Notes: generated by a model from the sequence alone, not told the origin. Numbered from the stretch's first letter, positions 26,989 to 37,445 are shown. The stretch is DNA of 64,000 bases from Alphaproteobacteria bacterium (GCA_017559525.1 JAFYRI010000009.1:8443-72442), one strand, 5' to 3'. Made by a program: numbers and translations.

Positions 26989-29900
26989 TTATTCTTCGTT
27001 TTTGGCCATACGCTCATACAATTTGAAACGTTTATCAATTTGTTTTTGAGCTTCATCCACCAAACGAGCATAATGTTCCGGATTTTGTTGCTTAATGACT
27101 TTAAAGCGTGTTTCCGTATCCATAAAATCGGCCACAGGACGAGAAGGGCGAGCATCCAATTGGAATGGATTTTTACCTTCTGCACTACGGCGCGGGTCAA
27201 AACGATACAGTGGCCACAAACCACTTTCAACTGCCATTTTTTGGTGAGCTAATCCAGATGTGCCAATATCATAACCATGAGCAATACAATGGCTGTAAGC
27301 AATAATTAAAGATGGACCATCAAAGGATTCAGCTTCATTCATGGCTTGTAGGACTTGACTGTCTTTAGCGCCAAGTGATACACTGGCTACATATACATTA
27401 CCGGATGATACGGCAATCATGCCCAAATCTTTACGAGGAGCTTCATTACCTGCAATGGCAAATTTAGCACTGGCACCGATTGGTGTGGCTTTGGAACGTT
27501 GACCACCTGTATTGGAATAAACGTTTGTATCCATAACCATAATATTAACATTGCGACCAGAGTACAGAACATGGTCTAAACCACCATATCCAATATCATA
27601 AGCCCAACCATCACCCCCAAAAATCCAAACAGATTTTTTAACGAGGTAATCGGCGGATTCAGACAACAATTTTGCTTTATCACCATTTAAACCAGCCAAT
27701 CTGACCTTTAAATTATCCACATGGCGACGTTGTTCAGCAATGCCGGCTTCGGTTGTTTGATCTGCTGTCATAATAGCTGTCACTAATTCGTCCCCAATGT
27801 CAGCAGATAATTCTTGTAACAATTGAACAGCCAATGCCGTTTTTGTATCAACAGATACGCGCATACCTAAACCAAATTCGGCGTTGTCTTCAAATAATGA
27901 GTTTGCCCAACTTGGACCTCTGCCTTCGGCATTTTTGGCATATGGTGTTGTTGGCAAGTTACCACTGTAAATGGAAGAACATCCCGTTGCATTGGCAACA
28001 ATTAATCTGTCACCAAACAATTGTGTTACCATCTTGACATACGGTGTTTCACCACAACCGGCACAAGCACCAGAGAACTCAAACAACGGTTGCATCAAAC
28101 TGACCGATTTAATCAATTTTGGAGACAATTTTGTCCTGTCAGCTTCTGGTAAGGATTTAAAGAAATCATAGTTTTGAATTTCGGTATCCATTAATTTGTC
28201 GGCCGGTTCCATATTAACGGCAACCAAATCCGGATTTTCTTTGTTTTTAACTGGACATACTTGTGTACACAGTGAACAACCCGTACAATCTTCCGGAGCA
28301 ACTTGAATAGAATAATAATCACCCAAGAATTCTTTACCCTTATATGGTACTGTTTTAAATGTCGCCGGAGCTTTTTCCAAATCGTCTTTGCTGATAACCT
28401 TAGAACGAATAGCGGCATGAGGACAAACGCTGATACATTTACCACATTGGATACATAATTCTGGATCCCAACAAGGTAATTGTGTCGCAATACGACGTTT
28501 TTCATATTTTGCCGTATCTGTTGGCCAAGTGCCATCAGCTGTCCATTCAAACGCGCTAACCGGCAATTCATCACCTTTACCTTCAATGATTTTACCCGTT
28601 ACATTTTTAATGAGTTCAGGAGCATAATCCGGTACGCCGGCTTGTTTATGAATAGTGGATGTTGCGCTACCAACCGTAATTTCATGTAAGTGAGCCAATG
28701 CCGCATCAACAGCCTTAATATTCGCATCAACAATTTCTTGTCCCTTACGCATATATGTTTTTGTGATGGATTTTTTGATTTTTTCAATAGCTTCATCTTT
28801 CGGCAACACACCGGAAATCGCAAAGAAACATGTTTGCATAATGGTATTTGTTCTGCGTCCCATACCATTATTTTGTGCTACTTTTACGGCATCAATAGCA
28901 TATAATTTGATGTTTTTATCAATGATTTCTTGTTGTACTTCAATTGGCAATGAATCCCACACTTTATCCGGTGTTTCGGATGTATTTAATAATAACACCG
29001 CATTTTTGGCCGCATATTTTAAAATATCCAATTTATGCATAAACGGCATATGGTGACATGCTACAAAATTGGCCGAATTAATTAAATAAGGTGCCTTAAT
29101 CGGATTTTTGGAAAAACGTAAATGAGAAGCCGTCATCGCACCTGATTTTTTGGAATCATACACAAAGTATGCTTGACCATAATAACCACCTTCATCGGCA
29201 ATAATTTTAATGGAGTTTTTATTGGCACCAACCGTTCCGTCAGAACCCAAACCAAAGAACAAACAACGACTGACTTCATCGGATTCAATATCAAATGTTT
29301 CATCATATGGCAAAGACAAATGTGTTACATCATCTGCAATACCGATTGTGAAGTGATTTTTGGTTGTATTTTCCAAAACGGCCTTAGCCATCGCCGGAGT
29401 AAATTCTTTTGAAGATAATCCATAACGACCACCTAAAACTTTTGGCATTGTGGTGATTTGACCACTTGTCATACCTTCGGCCAATGTAGATACAACATCT
29501 AAGTATAATGGTTCACCAACGGATCCAGCCTCTTTTGTTCTGTCCAATACCACAACCGTTTGGGCTGTTTTAGGTAAAGCGCTAATAAAGGCCTCTTTTG
29601 GGAATGGACGATACAAATGTATGTTCAACATACCGTATTTTGCACCCTTTGCATTCAATGCCATAATTGTTTCTGATAATGTTTCGGCACCAGACCCCAT
29701 AACAACAACAATTTGTTCGGCATCTTCGGCTCCAGTATAATCAACCAAGTGATAACGACGACCGGAAACCTTGGCAAATTTTTGCATAGCTGATTCAACA
29801 TGAGCCGGCACAGCGTTATAGTACTTATTAGATGCTTCACGAATTTGGAAGAATACATCTGGATTTTGTGCTGTCCCACGTACCTTTGGATTATCTGGAG

Positions 29901-30528
29901 TTAAAGCATTTTTACCAATAAAGTCCGTTGGAATATCGGCCATTAAAGCTTTTAAATCTTCATCAGACAAAGGTGTCATTTTGTTGATTTCATGAGATGT
30001 TCTGAAACCGTCAAAGAAATGAATAAACGGCACACGGGATTTAAATGTTGCCATTTGCGCAATAGCTGCAAAGTCTTGAGCCTCTTGCACTGAAGAAGAC
30101 GCAAGCATCGCAAACCCTGTTTGACGACAAGCCATTACATCAGAATGGTCGCCGAAAATGGATAACGCGTGAGCTGCCACCGTACGAGCTGCCACATGCA
30201 TTACAAAAGGTGTCAATTCACCGGCGATTTTATACATATTGGGAATCATCAACAACAAACCTTGTGAGGCTGTATATGTTGTTGTAATAGAACCAGCTTG
30301 TAAAGAACCGTGAACAGCACCGATAGCACCAGCTTCGGATTGCATTTCTAAAACTTCAGGCACCTTACCCCAAATATTTTTTTGACCAGCAGCTGACCAA
30401 GCATCAGCCCATTCTCCCATCGGAGAAGACGGCGTAATCGGATAAATAATGGATACTTCGTTAAGTTTATGAGCCACTCTGGCGGCGGCTTCGTTCCCGT
30501 CCATCATTTTCATTTTGTTATCTGACAT
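26989..30528 (-). CDS. nifJ: Pyruvate:ferredoxin (flavodoxin) oxidoreductase, single-polypeptide NifJ/PFOR type
   Basis: About 1180 aa. MSDNKMKMMDGNEAAARVAHKLNEVSIIYPITPSS N-terminus. Two 4Fe-4S CxxCxxCxxxCP motifs. TPP-binding GDGW region. The start was moved to the ATG with AAGGAA SD; the ORF track extends 90 nt further upstream. Confidence 0.9.
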   Translation of the reverse strand: MSDNKMKMMDGNEAAARVAHKLNEVSIIYPITPSSPMGEWADAWSAAGQKNIWGKVPEVLEMQSEAGAIGAVHGSLQAGSITTTYTASQGLLLMIPNMYKIAGELTPFVMHVAARTVAAHALSIFGDHSDVMACRQTGFAMLASSSVQEAQDFAAIAQMATFKSRVPFIHFFDGFRTSHEINKMTPLSDEDLKALMADIPTDFIGKNALTPDNPKVRGTAQNPDVFFQIREASNKYYNAVPAHVESAMQKFAKVSGRRYHLVDYTGAEDAEQIVVVMGSGAETLSETIMALNAKGAKYGMLNIHLYRPFPKEAFISALPKTAQTVVVLDRTKEAGSVGEPLYLDVVSTLAEGMTSGQITTMPKVLGGRYGLSSKEFTPAMAKAVLENTTKNHFTIGIADDVTHLSLPYDETFDIESDEVSRCLFFGLGSDGTVGANKNSIKIIADEGGYYGQAYFVYDSKKSGAMTASHLRFSKNPIKAPYLINSANFVACHHMPFMHKLDILKYAAKNAVLLLNTSETPDKVWDSLPIEVQQEIIDKNIKLYAIDAVKVAQNNGMGRRTNTIMQTCFFAISGVLPKDEAIEKIKKSITKTYMRKGQEIVDANIKAVDAALAHLHEITVGSATSTIHKQAGVPDYAPELIKNVTGKIIEGKGDELPVSAFEWTADGTWPTDTAKYEKRRIATQLPCWDPELCIQCGKCISVCPHAAIRSKVISKDDLEKAPATFKTVPYKGKEFLGDYYSIQVAPEDCTGCSLCTQVCPVKNKENPDLVAVNMEPADKLMDTEIQNYDFFKSLPEADRTKLSPKLIKSVSLMQPLFEFSGACAGCGETPYVKMVTQLFGDRLIVANATGCSSIYSGNLPTTPYAKNAEGRGPSWANSLFEDNAEFGLGMRVSVDTKTALAVQLLQELSADIGDELVTAIMTADQTTEAGIAEQRRHVDNLKVRLAGLNGDKAKLLSESADYLVKKSVWIFGGDGWAYDIGYGGLDHVLYSGRNVNIMVMDTNVYSNTGGQRSKATPIGASAKFAIAGNEAPRKDLGMIAVSSGNVYVASVSLGAKDSQVLQAMNEAESFDGPSLIIAYSHCIAHGYDIGTSGLAHQKMAVESGLWPLYRFDPRRSAEGKNPFQLDARPSRPVADFMDTETRFKVIKQQNPEHYARLVDEAQKQIDKRFKLYERMAKNEE

Positions 30529-30649
30529 ATTCATTCCTTTCGTGATATCAAAAATCATATAAAAATATGATATTCTTTTACACTTTTTTCGCCAAAATGT
30601 CCAGTAATTTTTTGACAATCTAAACGGGGAATAAATGCCTTAATTTATA

Positions 30650-30679
30650 TTGACAAAGAACAAAAGTAACGCATATACT
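30650..30679 (+). promoter_or_regulatory. Candidate sigma70 promoter (TTGACA-18-TATACT), only 6 nt upstream of the lipoprotein ATG (possible leaderless transcript)
   Basis: TTGACA at 30650-30655 and TATACT at 30674-30679. The ATG is at 30686 and has no SD. Confidence 0.35.
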
Positions 30680-30685
30680 ATCCAT

Positions 30686-31117
30686 ATGAAAAAAATTATT
30701 TTATTGATACTTATTGGTGTGCTGAGTGGATGTCAAAGTATATCCGCAAAAGAAGAAAAGTTTAAAAATCCGTTATTTTATAAAAAGATGGAAAATTTAT
30801 CCTCTAACTATTTTTGGGATATGAAACTGACACCCACCACAATGACGTCATATTTACGGCATACAGATACGGTTTGGGTTCAAAAATGCGACCTTATCAA
30901 AAATGAAGAAACATATGTTATTATGTCTTGTGAAGATGTACTGGATTCCACATATCGACACCGTACAAAATGTATTATAGATAATGATCCGTTTGAAGGA
31001 CACGTTAAATGTTATGGTTCCGAAGACAAATATGACGATCCCGAAAAACATTGGAATTCTATAGACAATTATACTACCAACGATCCCAATTACACTATCA
31101 ATAATCCCAATCGATGA
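30686..31117 (+). CDS. Hypothetical lipoprotein
   Basis: MKKIILLILIGVLSGCQS lipobox. The ORF-track start at 30650 is a TTG inside the promoter. Confidence 0.5.
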   Translation: MKKIILLILIGVLSGCQSISAKEEKFKNPLFYKKMENLSSNYFWDMKLTPTTMTSYLRHTDTVWVQKCDLIKNEETYVIMSCEDVLDSTYRHRTKCIIDNDPFEGHVKCYGSEDKYDDPEKHWNSIDNYTTNDPNYTINNPNR

Positions 31118-31853
31118 TTTGTAATATTTTTTGAATCATATCTTGATTGCGATCTTGTGACACATCTTTTCTATGACTTTCTTCCGCCACAGACCGGATA
31201 TTTTTATCTTGAATAGCTTGTATCATTTTGGGAAATTTTTCAATGTGACCAGTATTGTATTGAATATCTATAACGGCATCTTGCACACCGGTCGGTAACT
31301 TATCAAAGTTTGGAACAGCTCGGCGAATTTGCGCTAAATCACTTTTTAAATGGTCCACCATTTGTTTATTAATTTGTGCATCAGACAAACGCGAAACGGT
31401 ATATTTTTCATAGAAATTCGCTTGATAATTTCTTGAAGGTGTATTTTTGATAGAGGTATAATCCGCCTTAATTTCGTCAGGTGTCGCCTTTTGACCGGTA
31501 TTTTTATTCACCCAATCTAACGAGGCATATTTATCAAAATTATCCACATTTAATCCTCCACCGACGGTGATAATACCCTTTGTGTCTTTATAGGGAAAAT
31601 CTTTAACCCCTTCGTGTTTTTTAATTTCGGGTATATTGCGTTTGATTAATTCATCGTCCAAAACAAGAGGATCGGACACAGATGATTTTGATACGACAGA
31701 TTCTTTAAAATTATTGTTTTCATCTAATTTATCGGCATTATTTTGAAACCACACATCAATAAAGTCATTGGCTTGTTTATGGGCAGGATGTTTTTTATCT
31801 TGATACATTTTAGAATTCATAAAATTTGTTATTTGGTGATATGGAATGGGCAT
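31098..31853 (-). CDS. T4-lysozyme-like (GH24 family) muramidase-domain protein with an ~85-aa N-terminal extension; no signal peptide
   Basis: KHEGVKDFPYKDTKGIITVGGG aligns with T4L [23 protein letters not shown], with identical Glu/Asp/Thr catalytic spacing (E, +9 D, +6 T). The downstream helical lobe is conserved. The start was set at the ATG with AAGGAGA SD (MPIPYHQ...). Confidence 0.6.
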   Translation of the reverse strand: MPIPYHQITNFMNSKMYQDKKHPAHKQANDFIDVWFQNNADKLDENNNFKESVVSKSSVSDPLVLDDELIKRNIPEIKKHEGVKDFPYKDTKGIITVGGGLNVDNFDKYASLDWVNKNTGQKATPDEIKADYTSIKNTPSRNYQANFYEKYTVSRLSDAQINKQMVDHLKSDLAQIRRAVPNFDKLPTGVQDAVIDIQYNTGHIEKFPKMIQAIQDKNIRSVAEESHRKDVSQDRNQDMIQKILQIIDWDY

Positions 31854-31865
31854 ATTGTTCTCCTT

Positions 31866-31933
31866 AAAAATAAAAAATACCGTTTGAGTTTTCCCCAAAC
31901 GGTCATAAAAAATCGGGATATATTTCACCCGAT
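31866..31933 (-). terminator. Two consecutive intrinsic terminators on the minus strand between the DUF3126 operon and the lysozyme-like gene
   Basis: Minus strand reads ATCGGGTGAAATATATCCCGAT-TTTTTT, then CCGTTTGGGGAAAACTCAAACGG-TATTTTTTATTTTT. The second hairpin ends 11 nt before the SD of the lysozyme-like gene. Confidence 0.55.
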
Positions 31934-31992
31934 TAACTAAAAAAATATAGCATAATTTTTGTAAAAAGTCAAGGAATATTTTCCTAAATCAT

Positions 31993-32247
31993 TTAATCTC
32001 CACCACGACCGTATTTGCGCATTAACCATAACTGATTTAAATCAATGTTTTGAGTGCTTTCACCTTTTTCAGCTAGCTCAGTTGCGATTTGTTTTTCTTC
32101 TTGAGAACGCCATTGATTGTTTTGCAAATTGGGAGTCCCATCATAATTTTCATGATAACCGCCACCACCTTCACCTTGTGCATAGCGCCATTCCCATTCA
32201 GCGACCTGTGGATCAACAGTTTTTTTTTGATTTTCTGTATCGGTCAT
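31993..32247 (-). CDS. Hypothetical small Gly/Trp/acidic-rich protein
   Basis: 84 aa (MTDTENQKK...GEGGGGYHENYDGTPNLQNNQW...). It is tightly linked downstream of DUF3126. Confidence 0.3.
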   Translation of the reverse strand: MTDTENQKKTVDPQVAEWEWRYAQGEGGGGYHENYDGTPNLQNNQWRSQEEKQIATELAEKGESTQNIDLNQLWLMRKYGRGGD

Positions 32248-32250
32248 AAA

Positions 32251-32469
32251 TTAGAACCGTTCAATATCTTCGGACAAGATGGACATATTCCAATCGTAAG
32301 AAATTTCACCATCATCATTATTTTTGTAAATAACACCGATAAATTCTTTTCCGACAAATACCTCTGCAGGAGCCTGAACACCTTCCCCTTTTTGCACACG
32401 AATTTCCGGATTCCAAAATAATTGTTGCAAATAAGTTTGAACTTTATCCATTTCGGCAGGTGTTAACAT
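32251..32469 (-). CDS. DUF3126-like small protein
   Basis: MLTPAEMDKVQTYLQQLFWNPEIRVQKGEGVQAPAEVFVGKEFIGVIYKNNDDGEISYDW. An AAGGA SD precedes this ATG. Confidence 0.45.
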   Translation of the reverse strand: MLTPAEMDKVQTYLQQLFWNPEIRVQKGEGVQAPAEVFVGKEFIGVIYKNNDDGEISYDWNMSILSEDIERF

Positions 32470-32498
32470 ATTTTTTCCTTTCTTTTTGATGAATTTTA

Positions 32499-33512
32499 GT
32501 GTATTATACACTTATTATGATAAAAGTTCAAGCAAAAAAAATGACAAAATCCTCTTCGTGCTCTGCTGATGTGTCAGCAGATTTAATTTCCATTGCCCCA
32601 ATGTTGGATTGGACAGATCGACATTTTCGGTATTTTTTACGCCATATTTGCAAAAATGCAATGTTTTATTCGGAAATGATAGCCGCACCAGCTTTGATTT
32701 TGGGGGATCGTGCTAAATTATTAGAATATGATGCTGCAGAACATCCTTTGGTATTACAAGTAGGGGGGAGCGAACCCAATTTAATGGCACGATGTGCGGA
32801 ATATGGTGAACAATGGGGATATAAAGCGGTTAATATTAATGCCGGTTGCCCATCATCTCGTGTACAATGTGGTAAATTTGGTGCTATCTTAATGCAAACT
32901 CCAATGTTGGTTGCAGACTGTGTTGCAGAAATGAAAGCAAAGGTTAAAATACCTATTACAGTAAAAACACGTATTTCCCTTAATACAGTTGCTGGAGATG
33001 GATTTGAAAGTTTGTTTAAATTTTCTGATTTAATACATCAGGCTGGATGTAGACATTTAATTGTTCATGCAAGACAGGCAAAGCTTAATTGGTCACCTAA
33101 AGATAATCGTGATAGATTACCACTTAATTATGAATTAGTGTACAAGCTTAAAAAAAGTTTTCCAGATATGTTTGTTTCCATTAATGGGAATGTAAAATCT
33201 CTAGCTGAAACTGCAGAACATTTAAAACATGTTGATGGTGTTATGATAGGACGATATGCCTATGGTAATCCATATGCTTTGAGAGAGATGGATGGTAGAT
33301 TTTGGAATGATACGCGACCTGTTTTATCTCGTACAGAAATTTTAGAACAAATGTTGCCATATATTGAAAAATTTCCGGGGCCAAAACATTATATTACACA
33401 CCATATGTTGGGATTGTATCATGGCGAACCAAATGCAAAGGCCTATAAACAAATTATGGCAACAGGTGATATTGAGGCGTTAAAGGACTTTATAAAAAAA
33501 GAAGTTTTTTAA
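32499..33512 (+). CDS. dusA: tRNA-dihydrouridine synthase A
   Basis: ISIAPMLDWTDRHFRYFLRHI...INAGCPS...HARQA motifs. Confidence 0.85.
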   Translation: MYYTLIMIKVQAKKMTKSSSCSADVSADLISIAPMLDWTDRHFRYFLRHICKNAMFYSEMIAAPALILGDRAKLLEYDAAEHPLVLQVGGSEPNLMARCAEYGEQWGYKAVNINAGCPSSRVQCGKFGAILMQTPMLVADCVAEMKAKVKIPITVKTRISLNTVAGDGFESLFKFSDLIHQAGCRHLIVHARQAKLNWSPKDNRDRLPLNYELVYKLKKSFPDMFVSINGNVKSLAETAEHLKHVDGVMIGRYAYGNPYALREMDGRFWNDTRPVLSRTEILEQMLPYIEKFPGPKHYITHHMLGLYHGEPNAKAYKQIMATGDIEALKDFIKKEVF

Positions 33513-33575
33513 TCTGTTTGCTAAAATTTAAAGTCAAACAATATATTATAAAGTACACTAAGTTTAGTTTAATTG

Positions 33576-33611
33576 TAAAAATACCCCCACTTTCTGTGGG
33601 GGTATTTTTTT
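33576..33611. terminator. Bidirectional terminator between convergent dusA and pckG
   Basis: A6-TACCCCCAC-TTTCT-GTGGGGGTA-T8. Confidence 0.7.
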
Positions 33612-33625
33612 TGAGGATCACCGCA

Positions 33626-35443
33626 TTATTTTACGCGTTTTAATCTATTTTCTAACAAATCAAGTTCGGCATCGAAATCGGTGGGATGACGATCAAAACT
33701 ATTGATATATTCGCGTTGAGCACTAACGTCTTGTAAAGCTAATTTTGAATCTATGGCCATTAAGGCATCAAATTCTTTTTCATTCATTCTCAATCCGCGC
33801 CAATCCATTTGTTCGTATGTTGGCATCCAACCTAAAGCCGTTTCTGTTGCCGTTTTTGTGCCATTACAACGACCGACGACAAAGTCTAATACGCGCATAT
33901 TGTCGCCAAAACCTGGCCACATAAAGTTACCTTTTTTATCTTTGCGGAACCAGTTGACACGGAAGATAAGAGGCTTGTGTTTTAATTTACCTCCCATATC
34001 AAGCCAATGTGCCCAATAATCGCCCATGTTGTATCCGCAGAATGGCAACATAGCAAATGGATCACGGCGAATTTCACCCATTGTACCTTCTGCGGCAGCT
34101 GTTTTTTCGGATCCCATTGTGCTGGCTAAAAAGACACCGTGTTGCCAATTAAAGCTTTGGTAAACAAGAGGTGTATTTGTTGCTAAACGACCACCAAATA
34201 AGAAAGCAGAAATCGGAACACCAGCAGGGTTTTCCCATTCTTTATCAATAATAGGGCATTGGCTGGCTGGTGCTGTAAAACGTGAGTTTGGATGAGCCGC
34301 TGGTGTTTTGGATTTTGGTGTCCAATCGTTACCTTGCCAGTCGATAAGGTGTTTTGGAGCTTTGTCGGTCATGCCCTCCCACCATACATCGCCATCATCG
34401 GTTAAGGCAACGTTTGTGAAGATAGTGTTGGCACGGCAAGACAGCATCGCATTTTTGTTTGTTTTCATGGAAGTCCCTGGTGCAACACCAAAGAATCCAG
34501 CTTCGGGATTGATAGCATATAAACGGCCATCTTTACCAGGTTTTAACCAAGCAATATCATCGCCAATTGTGGAAACTTTCCATCCCAACATTTCACGAGG
34601 CGGAATTAACATGGCCAAATTGGTTTTACCACAAGCGGATGGGAATGCTCCGCATACGTATGTTTTTTCACGTCCCTTTTGTAACCCAACAATTAACATA
34701 TGTTCTGCCAGCCATCCTTCTTCACGGGCCATTGTTGAGGCGACACGAAGTGCCAAGCATTTTTTACCAAGTAAAGCATTGCCGCCATATCCAGAACCAT
34801 AGGAAATGATTTCTCGTGTTTCAGGGAAGTGAGTGATATATGTGTTTTCCGGATTGCATGGCCATGCAACATCTTGCTCATCTTTTTTAAGGGGAGCGCC
34901 GACTGAGTGGAAACATTTTACGAAACTTTTATTGCCTAAATATTTCCATACTTCTTTACCCATACGCGTCATAATGCGCATGTTAGCAACAACATAGGGC
35001 GAGTCGGTAATTTCAACACCAATTTGAGCAATTTTAGATCCCAAAGGTCCCATTGAAAAAGGAATAACGTACATGGTACGACCTTTCATGCATCCTTTCA
35101 TCAAACCATTTAAGGTTTTCTTCATTTTTTTTGGATCAGCCCAGTTATTTGTTGGACCGGCATCAGCCTCTTTTTTACAACAAATAAATGTTCTGGATTC
35201 AACACGGGCAACATCTTTTGGATTAGATCTGGCCAAATAACTATTAGGTCTTTTTTGTGGGTTTAATTTAATAAATGTACCTTTGTCAACTAACTCTTGG
35301 CAAATTTGTTTACACTCTTCCGTTGTTCCGTCACACCAATAAATGCTATCGGGTTTTGTCAATTCTGCTGTTTCTAAAACCCATTTGATAACTTCTTTGT
35401 TTTTGGTGGGACTGTACTGTTTTGATGTTGTTTTTATTGCCAT
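33626..35443 (-). CDS. pckG: Phosphoenolpyruvate carboxykinase (GTP)
   Basis: 605 aa. Kinase-1a P-loop [19 protein letters not shown] specific regions ([18 protein letters not shown]). Confidence 0.9.
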   Translation of the reverse strand: MAIKTTSKQYSPTKNKEVIKWVLETAELTKPDSIYWCDGTTEECKQICQELVDKGTFIKLNPQKRPNSYLARSNPKDVARVESRTFICCKKEADAGPTNNWADPKKMKKTLNGLMKGCMKGRTMYVIPFSMGPLGSKIAQIGVEITDSPYVVANMRIMTRMGKEVWKYLGNKSFVKCFHSVGAPLKKDEQDVAWPCNPENTYITHFPETREIISYGSGYGGNALLGKKCLALRVASTMAREEGWLAEHMLIVGLQKGREKTYVCGAFPSACGKTNLAMLIPPREMLGWKVSTIGDDIAWLKPGKDGRLYAINPEAGFFGVAPGTSMKTNKNAMLSCRANTIFTNVALTDDGDVWWEGMTDKAPKHLIDWQGNDWTPKSKTPAAHPNSRFTAPASQCPIIDKEWENPAGVPISAFLFGGRLATNTPLVYQSFNWQHGVFLASTMGSEKTAAAEGTMGEIRRDPFAMLPFCGYNMGDYWAHWLDMGGKLKHKPLIFRVNWFRKDKKGNFMWPGFGDNMRVLDFVVGRCNGTKTATETALGWMPTYEQMDWRGLRMNEKEFDALMAIDSKLALQDVSAQREYINSFDRHPTDFDAELDLLENRLKRVK

Positions 35444-35532
35444 ATTTTCCTCCTAATTTTTTTAACTAACTTAAGTTTAAAGTGTATTTTGATACAAGTC
35501 AATGTGTTTTAAGTGTAAAAAATTAAAAAATG

Positions 35533-35541
35533 TGGTATAAT
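35533..35541 (+). promoter_or_regulatory. Extended -10 promoter element (TGGTATAAT) upstream of the HExxH paralog array
   Basis: TG at -15/-14 plus TATAAT at 35536-35541. GAGGT SD lies 7 nt before the ATG at 35562. Confidence 0.4.
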
Positions 35542-35561
35542 GTTATATGTGAGGTATTAAG

Positions 35562-36485
35562 ATGGGAAAATTTTCAGAACAGTTTTTATATGAAGTTTCT
35601 AAATATGCATTAAGTCATGATAAGTTGGACTGTATGCAAGGTGAATTGTCTTCTCAGCTTTTTCAAAAAAAAATATATCAATTGCAACAAAATGTACATC
35701 TATCGGCAGAGTTGACTTCAATTTTTTTTGAATGTGGATATAGTAGAATGCCTCAAAAAGAGAGTAAGGTTGATTTAGAAAAAGAACGCTTAAAACGGTT
35801 GAAAGAGGGATTAATATTAATGTCCCATGTTCCAGCAGGTAGAGAATTATTGTCTCATATGCCACTAGATATATACATGTATGCAATGATACAAGAGGAT
35901 AGGGGTTTTTTTTCATCTTCGGATAAAATGTTATCGGTTTCATCACGTCATCCAACATTATGGGTTGGGAAAAAATTATATATTAAAACTCTGGCTCATG
36001 AAATGGCACATGCACGACATAATCAAGCATTTTCATGTTGTGAATATGGATTTTCGCCTAAAGCGTTTTTTATTGAGGCGGTTTTTGATGAATTAGGTGC
36101 TAGATTAACCGGTGAAAAGATATATCATGAACTATGCAAAAGTGGAAAAATAAATGGTGAAGAAAATCACAAACCATTGTCAATATCAAGACTGGTAGAT
36201 ATTATGGAAAAAAATGGTTATTTTTCATATTTTGCACAAGAAATTTCGGATAAGATAGGTCGCGATATGAATATGATACTGGATGAGGATGATACTCTGA
36301 ACCAACCATTAGGTGAGATGTTTTCATACTATATGAAATTGTATCCTCAGTTGCGACAAAAAAATGTATTAGATAAAATTGATGCACAATATCGTAAATT
36401 AATTTTGTATCCTGCAGGACGATTGGTTGGATTGAGTCAATCACAAGTTAATCGCCGCTTTAAAGATTTTGGATACGGAAAATAA
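35562..36485 (+). CDS. HExxH-motif paralog 1 (putative gluzincin-like metallopeptidase / effector candidate)
   Basis: HEMAH, then 29 aa on DELGA. Shares the N-terminal SE(Q/K)FL(Y/Q)xVS and C-terminal YYMKLYPQL motifs with the three downstream paralogs. Confidence 0.55.
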   Translation: MGKFSEQFLYEVSKYALSHDKLDCMQGELSSQLFQKKIYQLQQNVHLSAELTSIFFECGYSRMPQKESKVDLEKERLKRLKEGLILMSHVPAGRELLSHMPLDIYMYAMIQEDRGFFSSSDKMLSVSSRHPTLWVGKKLYIKTLAHEMAHARHNQAFSCCEYGFSPKAFFIEAVFDELGARLTGEKIYHELCKSGKINGEENHKPLSISRLVDIMEKNGYFSYFAQEISDKIGRDMNMILDEDDTLNQPLGEMFSYYMKLYPQLRQKNVLDKIDAQYRKLILYPAGRLVGLSQSQVNRRFKDFGYGK

Positions 36486-36569
36486 AACTTGACTTTTTTG
36501 CAACAATATGATAAAATGTTTGACAAAATATTGTTTTGACGAATATACGAAGGGATATATTGTTTTTTT

Positions 36570-37439
36570 ATGTCAAATTGGTCAGAAAAATTTTTACAAA
36601 GTGTTTCGCACCCTGCTATTATTGAAATAGCAGAAACATTGCAACCAACTTGTGAAAATTTTGATGCCAAACTGAATAGATTAAAGGCTAATGTTGTTTT
36701 ATCGACAGTAATTGATCGTGATGATTTTAGAGAAATATCATGGGATTATATGATTGATAAAGCAACAGAGTGTAAGTTTTTAAAAAAAATAAAACAATCT
36801 TTTGATGTAATTGCTTCAACGCAAATGGGGAAGGATATTTTATCAGGGGTGCATAGCTCTACTTATTTTGGTGTTGCTCCTATGGAACAGCAAGGATTGT
36901 TTTTTGATCGTTCTTTTCCAACGATTTTTTTAAATGCTTCGGAGGATATATTTAATAATAATACATTGGTTTTGAAAATATTAATTCATGAATGTACGCA
37001 TGCAAAAAACGTAATAATTGGTCAACGATCTAATGCGTGTATTTTGCCTCCTAAATTAATGTTTATGCAATATATGTTAAATGAATTATCTGCTTATTTA
37101 AGCGAATATATTATGATTGCCCAACGCAAAGATAAAACATTTATGGCCTCTTCTCAAACACAGTCACAAGTTTTTGATTGTTTAGATCGTTTGTGTGATG
37201 GTGATTATATAAAAGATTTTTCTGGACGTGTTATTCGTTGGAGTCGAGGAGAAATTTTGAAAACGGACCGTAAAAAAATTGCGGCAAAGGATTTACCAAT
37301 TTTTGCATACTATTTTAAAAAATATCCAGCGTTGTGTGATTTGGCTGTTATTAGTAAACTAAATCAACTGTATCATCATCATGTTGTTAGAAAAGTGCAT
37401 GGACAAAAAATGATGCTAACAAATCAAAAAATAAGGTAG
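36570..37439 (+). CDS. HExxH-motif paralog 2
   Basis: HECTH...NELSAY. C-terminal AYYFKKYPAL. Confidence 0.55.
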   Translation: MSNWSEKFLQSVSHPAIIEIAETLQPTCENFDAKLNRLKANVVLSTVIDRDDFREISWDYMIDKATECKFLKKIKQSFDVIASTQMGKDILSGVHSSTYFGVAPMEQQGLFFDRSFPTIFLNASEDIFNNNTLVLKILIHECTHAKNVIIGQRSNACILPPKLMFMQYMLNELSAYLSEYIMIAQRKDKTFMASSQTQSQVFDCLDRLCDGDYIKDFSGRVIRWSRGEILKTDRKKIAAKDLPIFAYYFKKYPALCDLAVISKLNQLYHHHVVRKVHGQKMMLTNQKIR

Positions 37440-37445
37440 TATTTC

